Positions 48,715 to 58,331 of a DNA stretch of 64,000 nucleotides are shown in pieces. Both the position numbers and the translations under genes were made by a program. Numbering within the stretch: the stretch's first letter is position 1; the number at the start of each line of letters is the position of its first letter. Where the stretch lies: the NCBI GenBank assembly GCA_902525035.1, contig CABZFN010000006.1:6538-70537 (forward strand). Direction: 5' to 3'. Source of the stretch: an uncultured Alphaproteobacteria bacterium. GTDB lineage: Bacteria > Pseudomonadota > Alphaproteobacteria > HIMB59 > GCA-002718135. Below the pieces are notes generated by a model. The model had not been told where the DNA came from. It did no database searches and saw only the letters and a list, made by a program, of their open reading frames with translations.

Positions 48715-49074
48715 TTATATTGATTGAATGACATCTGAAGAATGAATAGTTACTCTTTGTTCACAATTTTTTGCAAATTCATCTAAATCATCTCTAAAAT
48801 AGCTTCCATTATTTTGAGCAAGCATAAAATGATTATCTATTCCAGCCTGGTTTTCATAAATTTCTGTTAAAATAAGAGCTATGTTTCCTGTCTCGGCTCC
48901 TTCTTTAAATTCAGGTCCAATTGACCAATTTAATACTATAAGAGCCTTATCTCCTTCTTTAGTGTGAGTTTCATTCATCCATTTAACATGATCTTCAGCT
49001 ACTCGCTTTGCAACATCTGAAAGTTCAGGTTTAAAGATCCATATAAATTGTAGTTGTTTTTTATTTTGGTACAT
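48715..49074 (-). CDS. Small alpha/beta barrel (ABM-like) hypothetical protein
   Basis: H.KWM.ETH...G.KAL...LTEIYEN.AGI..H; AAGGA RBS. Confidence 0.7.
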   Translation of the reverse strand: MYQNKKQLQFIWIFKPELSDVAKRVAEDHVKWMNETHTKEGDKALIVLNWSIGPEFKEGAETGNIALILTEIYENQAGIDNHFMLAQNNGSYFRDDLDEFAKNCEQRVTIHSSDVIQSI

Positions 49075-49113
49075 ATTTTTCCTTCTATATTTTTATAAGC
49101 TTAACAGATTTTT

Positions 49114-49953
49114 TTATTGTTGAGAATTATTTTCAAGTGTTTGAACGTGTATATCTAAGTTTTCAATCAAATTGTTTTGCCCATTATGTCCGTAGAAAAC
49201 CCCTTTTATAGGTGCAGCTTCACTTGCATCAAGGCCGCAAGATACTCTGATATATCTTTCATCAGGGCTACAACCATTTGTAGGATCAAAACCAACCCAA
49301 CCAAGATCATTTATAAAAAATTCTGCCCATGCATGTGTTGACTGAAATTCTGATGAATGTGAATTATTGTGCATGTAACCGTTAACATATCTAGCAGGTA
49401 TATTGATTGTTCTAGCAGCTGACACCATTATGTGCGCTTGATCCTGACATACACCTTTTTTTTGATTATAAGCTACCTGAGCTGTTGTTTCATTATTTGT
49501 TGAAAGAGGTTTATATTCAACTTTTTCTCTTACTAAATTCATTAAATTATGAGAAATAAGTAATTTTTCATCTTCATTGTAACCACTTTTAGCTTCTAAT
49601 GCCAAATTCTTAATATCAACATCAGGAATAGTTAAATTTGAATTTCTTAAGTAAACTGTAGGATCTAATTTATCATCGGGATTAGAATAAACACCCTTTG
49701 TATCGAAAGTTTCGACTTTACCAAGAACTGTAAACTGAATTTTTTTTACTTTTTTTAAACTAGTAAAACTTTGTATATTATTCGCTTCTCCATCTTTATA
49801 AATTGCAGACTTTTCAGCTGAGTCATGATGAACATTCCAATCTAAAATTTTTAAACCATTATATTCAGAGGGATATAATTTTGTAGATTGTATAAGGCCA
49901 GCTACAGGATTTTTATATTTATATTTAGTTGTATGCTCAATTATTATTTCCAT
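49114..49953 (-). CDS. Transglutaminase-like protein
   Basis: H.T.Y.Y N-terminal domain; GVCQDQAH, HAWAE, GFDPTN; ends SQQ. Confidence 0.92.
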   Translation of the reverse strand: MEIIIEHTTKYKYKNPVAGLIQSTKLYPSEYNGLKILDWNVHHDSAEKSAIYKDGEANNIQSFTSLKKVKKIQFTVLGKVETFDTKGVYSNPDDKLDPTVYLRNSNLTIPDVDIKNLALEAKSGYNEDEKLLISHNLMNLVREKVEYKPLSTNNETTAQVAYNQKKGVCQDQAHIMVSAARTINIPARYVNGYMHNNSHSSEFQSTHAWAEFFINDLGWVGFDPTNGCSPDERYIRVSCGLDASEAAPIKGVFYGHNGQNNLIENLDIHVQTLENNSQQ

Positions 49954-50888
49954 TAGTTAAAAAACTCCTTTTGAATATCTGAATCTACACTTGAAATTTT
50001 ATTAATAAATTGTGTAACAAATTCATGTAGCCCAAAATCAACAATTGACTCAATTTTCTCTTCTTGAATTTTAGTATTTAAATCTTTTAAAGTATTATAA
50101 ATTTTACTAACCTTCTCCGGACTACAAGTTAAATTAGTTAAGTGTTTCACAATATTTTGAATACAAAAACTAAGAGATCTTGGACAATCACTATTTAAAA
50201 CTAAAAAATCAGCAATCTTAGTTGAGGTAACATTTCCATCATAGGCCCATCGAAAAGCATTAAATGATGATAATGATCTAAGAAGGATGCTCCATTGCAT
50301 ATTGTCAATATTACCACCTATGTACTGAGGTTTAGGAAGTAAAACAAAATATTTAACATCTAATAATCTTGCTGAATTATCTGCCCTTTCAACAAATAAT
50401 CCTAAATAAAGAAAGTTATAACCGTCATTTCTTAATAAGGAACTTAAGGAACCTCTAAATAAATTAACTTGCTCTATTGTCCATTCAGTTAAGTTTGGTA
50501 GATCTGATGCATTAAAGTTATTATTTTTTAATTTTAAAATTTCCTGATAAGTTTTGTTTATTGCTAACCAAGATTCAGGTGTGAATGATGTTCTTACAAC
50601 TAATGCATTATTTCTGGCATTAAGAATACAATTATAAACTGAAGAGGGATTATCTTCATCAAAAAATAAGTAATCTTCAACTTTTTTTTGTTCAATAATA
50701 TTATATTTATTCTTGTATCCTTGTATTGCGCCTGCAGCAGCGAGAACAGATTCCCATTCATTATTATAACCATTTGGATTAGGAAATAATGACATTCTGT
50801 AACCAACATCTAAAAGTCTTGCATTAGTTTCAGCTCTCTCCATATATCTACTAATCCAGTAAAGATACTCAGCTGTTCTACTTAACAT
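49953..50888 (-). CDS. Alpha-E domain protein (DUF403)
   Basis: MLSRTAE.LYW.SRYMERAE..ARLLD; ERADN.ARLLDVKY; PRSL. Confidence 0.93.
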   Translation of the reverse strand: MLSRTAEYLYWISRYMERAETNARLLDVGYRMSLFPNPNGYNNEWESVLAAAGAIQGYKNKYNIIEQKKVEDYLFFDEDNPSSVYNCILNARNNALVVRTSFTPESWLAINKTYQEILKLKNNNFNASDLPNLTEWTIEQVNLFRGSLSSLLRNDGYNFLYLGLFVERADNSARLLDVKYFVLLPKPQYIGGNIDNMQWSILLRSLSSFNAFRWAYDGNVTSTKIADFLVLNSDCPRSLSFCIQNIVKHLTNLTCSPEKVSKIYNTLKDLNTKIQEEKIESIVDFGLHEFVTQFINKISSVDSDIQKEFFN

Positions 50889-50894
50889 TGTATC

Positions 50895-52301
50895 TCATTC
50901 CGCTAAAACCCATGTATCTTTGACTCCACCACCTTGACTTGAATTAACAACAAAAGATCCCTCATTCATTGCAACTCTTGTTAATCCTCCAGAACTTAAT
51001 TGTGCATTTTCTCCCATTAAACAAAAAGGTCTCAAATCAACTCTTCTTCCTTCAACTTGATTTTTTATCAAAGTTGGAGAGAATGATAGATCTAAGAGAG
51101 GTTGAGCAATATAACCCCGAGGATTTGCGGAAAGTTTTCTTCTAAATTCTTCAATTGAGGATTTAGAGGATTTTGGACCTATTAACATCCCGTATCCTCC
51201 TGAGCCATCAACCTCTTTTACAACAAGATTAGATAAGTTATCTAATACATAATTAAGATCATCATCCTTGTCACAACTCCATGTTTGAACATTTTCTAAT
51301 ATTGGTTGTTCTCCTAAATAAAATTTTATCATTTCTGGAACATAAATATAAATTGCTTTGTCATCTGCAATACCGGCGCCCGGAGCTGAACAAATATTTA
51401 CTCCTCCAGTTCTATACACATCCATAATTCCAGGTATTCCAATTACTGAATTTGGGTTAAAACAAAGGGGATCTAAAAAATCATCATCTATCCTTCTATA
51501 TACAACATCTACTTTTTTGGGACCATCTACGGTTTTCATGTATAGAAATTCACCCTCAACAAACAAATCAGTAGACTCTACCATTTCAATACCCATTTGA
51601 TCGGATAGAAAACTATGTTCATAATAAGCACTATTCAATGGACCAGGTGTAAGAAGAACACATACTGGCTCAGATGTGTTGCATTTTATTGGAGCTAAAC
51701 TCATTAAAGTCTGAAGTAATCTAGTTGGATAATCATCAATAGGTGTAACTCGATTTGTATGAAATAAATCAGGAAACATTCTCATCATTATTTCTCTATT
51801 TTCTAACATGTATGATACACCGCTAGGTGTTCTACAATTATCTTCTAATACAAAATACTCATTATGATTTGTTCTTACTAAATCTATACCTACTATTGGA
51901 CTATAAATTGATCTAGGTGGTGTAAAACCAAACATTGAAACTTCGTAAGATTTTTTTTTAAAAATTAATTCTTTAGGTATAATGTTGGCTTTTATTATTT
52001 CTCCTTGATTATAAATATCTGCCAAAAAAGCATTTAAAGCTTTCGCTCTTTGAATAACTCCTTTTTCTAATTTAGACCATTCGCTAAAAGTAAAAATTCT
52101 TGGAATTAAATCAAACGGTATAATTCTTTCTCTTATTGTTTCACTATTAGTTGAGAATGTAATACCTATATTTCTAAAATGAGTTTCTGCCTCAGCATTT
52201 TTTTCATTAATCATTTTAGCAGTCATTTTTTCTAACCATTCATTTATATTATTATAGTGATTTCTGATTAGACTCTCAGATTGATACATTTCATTAAACA
52301 T
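50895..52301 (-). CDS. Circularly permuted type 2 ATP-grasp protein
   Basis: ERIIPFDLIPR, LEDNCRTPSGVSY, NSAYYEH, YRRIDDDFLDP, GSGGYGM, VVNSSQGGGVKDTWV. Confidence 0.95.
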   Translation of the reverse strand: MFNEMYQSESLIRNHYNNINEWLEKMTAKMINEKNAEAETHFRNIGITFSTNSETIRERIIPFDLIPRIFTFSEWSKLEKGVIQRAKALNAFLADIYNQGEIIKANIIPKELIFKKKSYEVSMFGFTPPRSIYSPIVGIDLVRTNHNEYFVLEDNCRTPSGVSYMLENREIMMRMFPDLFHTNRVTPIDDYPTRLLQTLMSLAPIKCNTSEPVCVLLTPGPLNSAYYEHSFLSDQMGIEMVESTDLFVEGEFLYMKTVDGPKKVDVVYRRIDDDFLDPLCFNPNSVIGIPGIMDVYRTGGVNICSAPGAGIADDKAIYIYVPEMIKFYLGEQPILENVQTWSCDKDDDLNYVLDNLSNLVVKEVDGSGGYGMLIGPKSSKSSIEEFRRKLSANPRGYIAQPLLDLSFSPTLIKNQVEGRRVDLRPFCLMGENAQLSSGGLTRVAMNEGSFVVNSSQGGGVKDTWVLAE

Positions 52302-52303
52302 AT

Positions 52304-52393
52304 TTATTGCGGTGAAATGTATGAAGCGTTTATAAATCCAAACTTAATACCTATCATATTTAATAACAGTCCTTTCAATCTGTTATAATTCAT
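52304..52393 (-). CDS. Candidate leader peptide (29 aa, or 17 aa from ATG 52357) ending in Gln
   Basis: MNYNRLKGLLLNMIGIKFGFINASYISPQ; stop 2 nt before the ATP-grasp ATG; AAAGGA upstream of the second ATG. Confidence 0.4.
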   Translation of the reverse strand: MNYNRLKGLLLNMIGIKFGFINASYISPQ

Positions 52394-52420
52394 GCTTAGC
52401 TATGGATTTTAAAAAGATCC

Positions 52421-52473
52421 GCGTTCCTTCAGCTTTAGCTTACTTCCGATCTGTTATAAACAGATTGAACGAT
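52421..52473 (-). ncRNA. Glutamine riboswitch (glnA motif), aptamer 2
   Basis: AUCGUUCA-AUCUGUUuauAACAGAU-CGGAAGUA-AGCuaaaGCU-GAAGGAACGC. Confidence 0.9.
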
Positions 52474-52487
52474 TTAATAACTTGCAT

Positions 52488-52540
52488 GCGTTCCTTCAAC
52501 TTTCGTCTACTTCCGTTTTGAATTATTCAAAATGAACGAT
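52488..52540 (-). ncRNA. Glutamine riboswitch (glnA motif), aptamer 1
   Basis: AUCGUUCA-UUUUGAAUaAUUCAAAA-CGGAAGUA-GACgaaaGUU-GAAGGAACGC. Confidence 0.9.
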
Positions 52541-52655
52541 GTAAAATTAATAATAAAATTTATTTGTATTTTAAATTGATTATGAACATAATTAGATATG
52601 CAAAATTTGCATACTGAAAAAAAAGCCTAAAAATATAGGAAAGGTATTAATGAAA

Positions 52656-54608
52656 TTAATCAAGAGTTATGTTTAAAATATCAATTAAACCAACGAGGTC
52701 CATGGAATATGACAGTAAATCATTATAAGAAATTGGCATTAATGGATTTATACTAAATCTTAAATTAGATGGGTTATAAATAAAGTTAACAATTTTATCT
52801 ATATATTTTTTATCTATTGAATTTTGTAAATTAATATCACTATTTATTTCTTGTAATAAAAGATTTATTATTTCATCTTTGGTTACTCCATATATATCAT
52901 CTAAAAAAACAAAAATATTTTCTATTAATCCATAATCAGTGAACTTTATATCAAAGGAATTAAATTTAAAATCATTACTAAAATAATTTATAAGCTCATT
53001 ATCATTTAATAAATTTAAATCATTTAATGAAAGATCAGAAAATAATAACTGCGATTTAATTTGTATTGCGTCATAAAAGAATGTTTTAAAATTAAGAATA
53101 AATTCATCATTTTCATAATTTATTGAAGATTCTATATCAAAATCAAAATATAAATTATCGTATCCTAATAAATTTAAATAGATATCAAATTCAGGATTTA
53201 AATTTGAAAAATAAGTATTTTTTAAACTTAAATCTATTGATATTGGAAAAAGTAAATTATCTATTTTTGTAGTTTTGTAATTAGAAATTTCATAAAGTTG
53301 AGAGTTTAAAGTTACATTATCTTGTTTGTTTGTATACCAAAAATTTTTTGCAGAAAAATTATTTAAAGATTTGAAAATTGATAAGATAAAATCAGGATCA
53401 TTAGTATCAAAAACAGTCATATTTTTAGCACTATTGAATTCTAAATCATTTATTTTAACTAACTCACCTTTTTGTTCCGCTTCCTGATCATCAAAATAAA
53501 AATCTGTTAACAATATTTCATTAAATTTCATATTTTCAAACTTATTGAACTCAAAATTTTTCCACTCACTATATGAATCACTCTCTTTTATCTTAACGCC
53601 ATTTAATAAAATTTTATCAAAACCAATAGTATCTAAAAGATAATAAATATTTTCAAAGTTTTCAAATGTATCAGAATTAAATAAATTTGAAGAATTTAAA
53701 AATTCATAAATTAAACTTGAATTTTTAATATTTAAATTTGATACTTCAAAATACTCAATTTTATGATCAATATTATCTTCAATAAGTGTGTAATTTTTAA
53801 TTATAAATTTATCGAATAAATTTATATTTAATTCACTATTTAATTTAATTTTATTAATGGCGTAATAATCTAATTCTAAAATAGTAATTTCACCAATTTG
53901 AAATTTTGATATACCATCATCAAAAAAAATATTTTTAATGCTAAAACTATTGTCATCTATAAACTCAAATTCATCATAATTTATATCTGAATTTTCAATA
54001 AATTCTTTAATGGTTTTTTGCGACAATTCTATTTCAAAGAAATCTTCTAGGAAATTACTATTTTTATTATTTGAATATCCAATATTTTCACTTACGTACT
54101 CATCATTTTCAAATATACCTTCATATACTTCTCCATTTGCATAAGTATATTTTCCTAAGCCATGATATTTACCTTCTTTCCACTCACCCTCATAGCGATC
54201 ACCATCTAAAAATAAATATACACCGTATCCATTTTTTTTATCATACTTATATTCACCTTCATAAATATCACCATCAGAATAAGTGTAAATACCTTGACCA
54301 TGAAATTGATCATCAAGAAAGTTTCCTATGTACTTGTCCCCATCATCATATAAGTATGTTCCAAAACCATTAAATAAGTCATCTTTATATGTACCCACAT
54401 GACTATCACCGTTGTCAAACATAGTTGTACCTTGACCATTAAATAAACTATTTTTAAATTGACCTATGTATTTATAGTTTTCACTTTGCCAAGTGCCAAA
54501 TCCATTATCACAATTACCACTTATACAATTACCTAATAGATTATGAGAATAAAAAATAAACAAAAGCAATAATAAAAGCTGATTTATTTTATTTTTTGTG
54601 AAGACCAT
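52656..54608 (-). CDS. Secreted MORN-repeat protein
   Basis: Signal peptide, CISGNCDNGFG, repeated GD.Y.G.FK....G.G.Y; long unknown C-terminal domain. Confidence 0.85.
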   Translation of the reverse strand: MVFTKNKINQLLLLLLFIFYSHNLLGNCISGNCDNGFGTWQSENYKYIGQFKNSLFNGQGTTMFDNGDSHVGTYKDDLFNGFGTYLYDDGDKYIGNFLDDQFHGQGIYTYSDGDIYEGEYKYDKKNGYGVYLFLDGDRYEGEWKEGKYHGLGKYTYANGEVYEGIFENDEYVSENIGYSNNKNSNFLEDFFEIELSQKTIKEFIENSDINYDEFEFIDDNSFSIKNIFFDDGISKFQIGEITILELDYYAINKIKLNSELNINLFDKFIIKNYTLIEDNIDHKIEYFEVSNLNIKNSSLIYEFLNSSNLFNSDTFENFENIYYLLDTIGFDKILLNGVKIKESDSYSEWKNFEFNKFENMKFNEILLTDFYFDDQEAEQKGELVKINDLEFNSAKNMTVFDTNDPDFILSIFKSLNNFSAKNFWYTNKQDNVTLNSQLYEISNYKTTKIDNLLFPISIDLSLKNTYFSNLNPEFDIYLNLLGYDNLYFDFDIESSINYENDEFILNFKTFFYDAIQIKSQLLFSDLSLNDLNLLNDNELINYFSNDFKFNSFDIKFTDYGLIENIFVFLDDIYGVTKDEIINLLLQEINSDINLQNSIDKKYIDKIVNFIYNPSNLRFSINPLMPISYNDLLSYSMDLVGLIDILNITLD

Positions 54609-54755
54609 TTTTTTTAATACAGTTTCTATAAGTGTTTTTTCATTATATTAATTAAATGATAAATTAAAACATTTTATTGTTTTTAATTAATAATAAACAG
54701 CTAACAATCATAATTAAATCAATATACAACTAAGATGGAGTAAAAATTTTACTCT

Positions 54756-55466
54756 TTAGGAAAAATCTCTCAATGACTTATCAAGACATACATATGAAAA
54801 ATAACCAGTACAAATTAACCATATAATTAAAACAATTGAATCATTTATGATTAGATTTATTTCAGATTTTGTAACTAGTCTTAATGTTGTTGCTGACCAT
54901 AATAATGTGAAAAAAATAGTTAAGTTTCTATAAGATTTAACTCTTAATGGGTGTACAAATTTAATAGGAATAAAAGTTAATATTGATAAAATAATTATGA
55001 CTATCAGATTTATCCAAACATTTGAACTTAATATAAAAAAATAAAGAACAACAATATTCCAAATAGCAGGAAAACCTCTAAAATAATAATCTTCAGTTTT
55101 CATATTAACATTAATAAATGTATATAAAGAAACTCCAAATATTATAGCTGGCATTATAATCTCAAAACCATTTGGAACTAATTGAAACCAATAAATCATT
55201 AAAGCTGGATTTATTACGTAATTAACGTAATCAACTATACTATCTAATATAATACCATCTAAGTTTGGCGCTTTCTCCTCCACACCTACTCTTCTTGCTA
55301 ATGTACCATCTATTCCGTCCACAAGTAATGCCAATCCCAGCCATAAAAAAGCTCCAGTCTGATCATTATTTAATATTGATATTAATGCAAGGAATCCAAG
55401 TATAGCACCAGATCCTGTAAAAGCATGTACGCCCCAAGCAGATATTTGATCTTTATCAACTTTCAT
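54756..55466 (-). CDS. pcs: Phosphatidylcholine synthase
   Basis: AWGVHAFTGSG, DGIDGTLAR, DG..LD.IVDY, F.GFPAIWN, FVHPLRV. Confidence 0.9.
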   Translation of the reverse strand: MKVDKDQISAWGVHAFTGSGAILGFLALISILNNDQTGAFLWLGLALLVDGIDGTLARRVGVEEKAPNLDGIILDSIVDYVNYVINPALMIYWFQLVPNGFEIIMPAIIFGVSLYTFINVNMKTEDYYFRGFPAIWNIVVLYFFILSSNVWINLIVIIILSILTFIPIKFVHPLRVKSYRNLTIFFTLLWSATTLRLVTKSEINLIINDSIVLIIWLICTGYFSYVCLDKSLRDFS

Positions 55467-55562
55467 AAAAGATATCGATCTTTAGCATTAAAAATAGAGA
55501 AAATAAATTTTTTGAAAAAAATACAGAAAAATTAAGGTTTTAAGGCGATTTCAAAATTAATC

Positions 55563-55940
55563 TCATAATAAATTTATAATATCACTATCCCCTTCAGCAA
55601 AATTATAATTTTTTAATTCATTTTTTTTTACCCAAGCTGAGTCCTCGTGTTCATTTAAATTAATTTCACCTTTTATATGAGAGCATATAAAATAATGTAA
55701 TTTTACATTTATTTTGTTATCTTGGTAATTTTCTTCACCTAATTTGTTTTTAATTTTTATTTCTATATTAAGCTCTTCTTTTATCTCTCTTTTTAGTGCA
55801 TTTTCAAAAGTTTCCTCTTTTTCCACTTTTCCTCCAGGAAATTCCCAGCTTAATCCCATATGTTTATTTCTATTTCTTTGAGCAATAAAAATTTTATCAT
55901 CTTTTATTATTATTGCTGCAACAACATCGAATTTATTCAT
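55563..55940 (-). CDS. MutT/NudG-like NUDIX pyrophosphohydrolase
   Basis: WEFPGGKVEKEETFENALKREIKEEL. Confidence 0.92.
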   Translation of the reverse strand: MNKFDVVAAIIIKDDKIFIAQRNRNKHMGLSWEFPGGKVEKEETFENALKREIKEELNIEIKIKNKLGEENYQDNKINVKLHYFICSHIKGEINLNEHEDSAWVKKNELKNYNFAEGDSDIINLL

Positions 55941-57418
55941 TAAGTGGTATTATCACGGATAAACTGATTTGCTTTTTTTATTATATGATCTTTCCTCTCT
56001 GTATTCATTTTGTCATAGATATTAACCATCATATTTAAACGTGGATTAGATTGAAAAAATTTTCTATTTTTATTAATAAAACGCCAATACAATCCATCCA
56101 TAATATCATTCCAATTACCTCTCTTAAAATTCATCATCTTCATAAAATAACTTGAACCACAAATATAAGGTTTGGTACTGAATATACCTCCATCACTAAA
56201 TAATCCCATACCGTAAACATTAGGTGACATTACCCAATCAGAACTGTCAACAAACATTTCCATGAACCAATTATAAACTTCATTTGGTTTAATTTCACAT
56301 AAGTTCATTATGTTACATAAAATCATTAATCGCTCAATATGATGTGTATATCCATATTTTTGGGCATTTTTAATTGAGTGATCTAAGGGATCTAATCCAG
56401 TTGTACCATCATACCATTTATTAGTTAGAGAATTTTTATGCTTAAAGAAATTATTTTCTTCTAATTGTTGGTCATAATTTTGGTAAATTCCTCTAATAAA
56501 TTCTCTCCATCCAATAATTTGCCTAACATAACCTTCATAAGAATTGATTTTAATTTTATTTTCAACCCTTTTAATTCTCTCGATTATCAACTCTGGTGTT
56601 AGTAAACCTAAATTAATCATTGGGCTAAGCGCACTATGAAATAAAAAATTATTATTTGTGTCAACTGAATCTTCATAATCACCAAATAAATTAAATTTTT
56701 TTATAATAAAATAATCTAACCACTTTACTGCATCATCATATGTTGTAGGTAGCCAAAAATTGTCAACTTCACCTGGATGATTTTTAAAAATTTTATTTAT
56801 TTGTTGTTTTAAAACCTTTGTATGTTTTGTTTCTTTTGCAGTAATCATTTCAGGTATATTAATATTTTTAGGGAGTTTTTTTCTATTATCTTCATCAAAA
56901 CTCCATTTTCCTCCTTTAGGTTTATTATTTTCCATCAAAATATCTGTTTTAGTACGAGCAATTTTATAAAAATTTGCCATAAAAGGTTTTTTAGTTTTGC
57001 TTAAATAATTTTTAAATTCGTCTCTTGAATTCAAAAACATTGGTGATTGAATGATAGTCCATTCAATTTTGTTTTTCTTACATAAAGAACTAATTTTTTT
57101 TTCAAAAAATTTATCTTCAATTTCGAAAGAAATTAATTCTTTATAATTATTTTTTTTTATAAAAATCTCTAATTTTTTTTCGTAGGATATTTTAAAATCC
57201 TTATTTAAATCAATATAATTTACTTTAAATTTATTTTTTGTTAGTTCATCAGCATAAGATCTCATTGAAGACAAAAAAAGAATTAATTTTAATTTATGAT
57301 GTTTTTGAAAAGTACAAAGATCAAAGCTTTCACACATAAAGATAGTAGAGTCTTTATGTTTGTTTAGATATTTTTGAGGGAATAATTGGTTTCCTAGTAT
57401 TAAAAATAAACTTTTCAT
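55940..57418 (-). CDS. Bacterial cryptochrome/(6-4) photolyase family (PhrB-like)
   Basis: ILGNQLF, HKLKL..FLSSMR, GGKWSFDEDNR, RQIIGWREF, HHIERLM, KPYI. Confidence 0.92.
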   Translation of the reverse strand: MKSLFLILGNQLFPQKYLNKHKDSTIFMCESFDLCTFQKHHKLKLILFLSSMRSYADELTKNKFKVNYIDLNKDFKISYEKKLEIFIKKNNYKELISFEIEDKFFEKKISSLCKKNKIEWTIIQSPMFLNSRDEFKNYLSKTKKPFMANFYKIARTKTDILMENNKPKGGKWSFDEDNRKKLPKNINIPEMITAKETKHTKVLKQQINKIFKNHPGEVDNFWLPTTYDDAVKWLDYFIIKKFNLFGDYEDSVDTNNNFLFHSALSPMINLGLLTPELIIERIKRVENKIKINSYEGYVRQIIGWREFIRGIYQNYDQQLEENNFFKHKNSLTNKWYDGTTGLDPLDHSIKNAQKYGYTHHIERLMILCNIMNLCEIKPNEVYNWFMEMFVDSSDWVMSPNVYGMGLFSDGGIFSTKPYICGSSYFMKMMNFKRGNWNDIMDGLYWRFINKNRKFFQSNPRLNMMVNIYDKMNTERKDHIIKKANQFIRDNTT

Positions 57419-57512
57419 TAAATTCTAAATAGTAAGTTATTACAAAATTTATATGATTTATTAAAATTAATTAGTTATTTCAGACAATTTTTAACTATAA
57501 TCACTAATAATA

Positions 57513-58022
57513 ATGGTCAAATTAATAAAATTATTTGTAATTCCTTCTATAATTAGTTTTGCACTAATTTCTTGCAATACAACATCACCAAATAAAGTAA
57601 AAAAATCTGATGCACAAAAAATAACTAATATAGAATATGGAACAATAAAAACTTCTCTACCAGTTAAAATTGAAGGAGAAAGTAATTGGATTGGTGCAAC
57701 TGCTGGAGCAATGATAGGTGGCCTTTTAGCATCTCAAATATGTGGAGAAGATGAAATATTAGGAACTAAGTGCCAAGATATTGCTATAGTATATGGAAGT
57801 ATTGGAGGGGCCGCTATGGGTTCAGTGATACAAGCTAAAATTGGTAATCATGATGGCTTCCAATATATCGTAAATATTGATGAATGCGGCAATGATATTT
57901 CTAATTGCCAAAATGATCAAGAAAAGGCATTTGTGCAAGGAGATAATAATGCCCTTCTGAATGGTCAAAGAGTTGTAATTATCTACGGAGATGTAATAAG
58001 AGTTATGCCTTATGAAGAATAG
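57513..58022 (+). CDS. Glycine-zipper outer membrane lipoprotein (SlyB-like)
   Basis: Lipobox LISC; GATAGAMIGG...GSIGGAAMG. Confidence 0.8.
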   Translation: MVKLIKLFVIPSIISFALISCNTTSPNKVKKSDAQKITNIEYGTIKTSLPVKIEGESNWIGATAGAMIGGLLASQICGEDEILGTKCQDIAIVYGSIGGAAMGSVIQAKIGNHDGFQYIVNIDECGNDISNCQNDQEKAFVQGDNNALLNGQRVVIIYGDVIRVMPYEE

Positions 58023-58040
58023 TTTTAATTATAATTAGAT

Positions 58041-58124
58041 ATGAACAAAAGAAATATATATGCAGCTATTGCTATAGTTTTTATCTTTGCTGCTTTAAAT
58101 TTAACTATTTATTTTTTTTATTAA
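58041..58124 (+). CDS. Possible 27 aa single-TM microprotein
   Basis: MNKRNIYAAIAIVFIFAALNLTIYFFY fills the intergenic gap; no clear RBS. Confidence 0.35.
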   Translation: MNKRNIYAAIAIVFIFAALNLTIYFFY

Positions 58125-58127
58125 ATT

Positions 58128-58331
58128 ATGGTTATTAGAAGAAAATCTAGCATTTATAAAAAAATATATGAAGCAAATGGTCAACAAATGATGTTTGGCC
58201 ATGACAATTTAAATTTTAAAACTATTAACTTACCATCAAAACAAAGATACAAAAATTTATGCAGTAAGTTTGGATTAAAAAAATTTAAATCTTCAAGTAA
58301 AAAAAATTTTCAAATAATTAATATTAATTAA
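58128..58331 (+). CDS. Small basic hypothetical protein
   Basis: 67 aa ORF abutting the next gene. Confidence 0.5.
   Translation: MVIRRKSSIYKKIYEANGQQMMFGHDNLNFKTINLPSKQRYKNLCSKFGLKKFKSSSKKNFQIININ

Noticed and set aside
52421-52540. Direct repeats as a mini-CRISPR (likewise 27681-27744)
   Set aside because: Only two units each, no cas genes, and both are explained as tandem riboswitch aptamers.
54080-54520. Periodic DNA repeats of about 69 nt
   Set aside because: Explained by MORN protein repeats.
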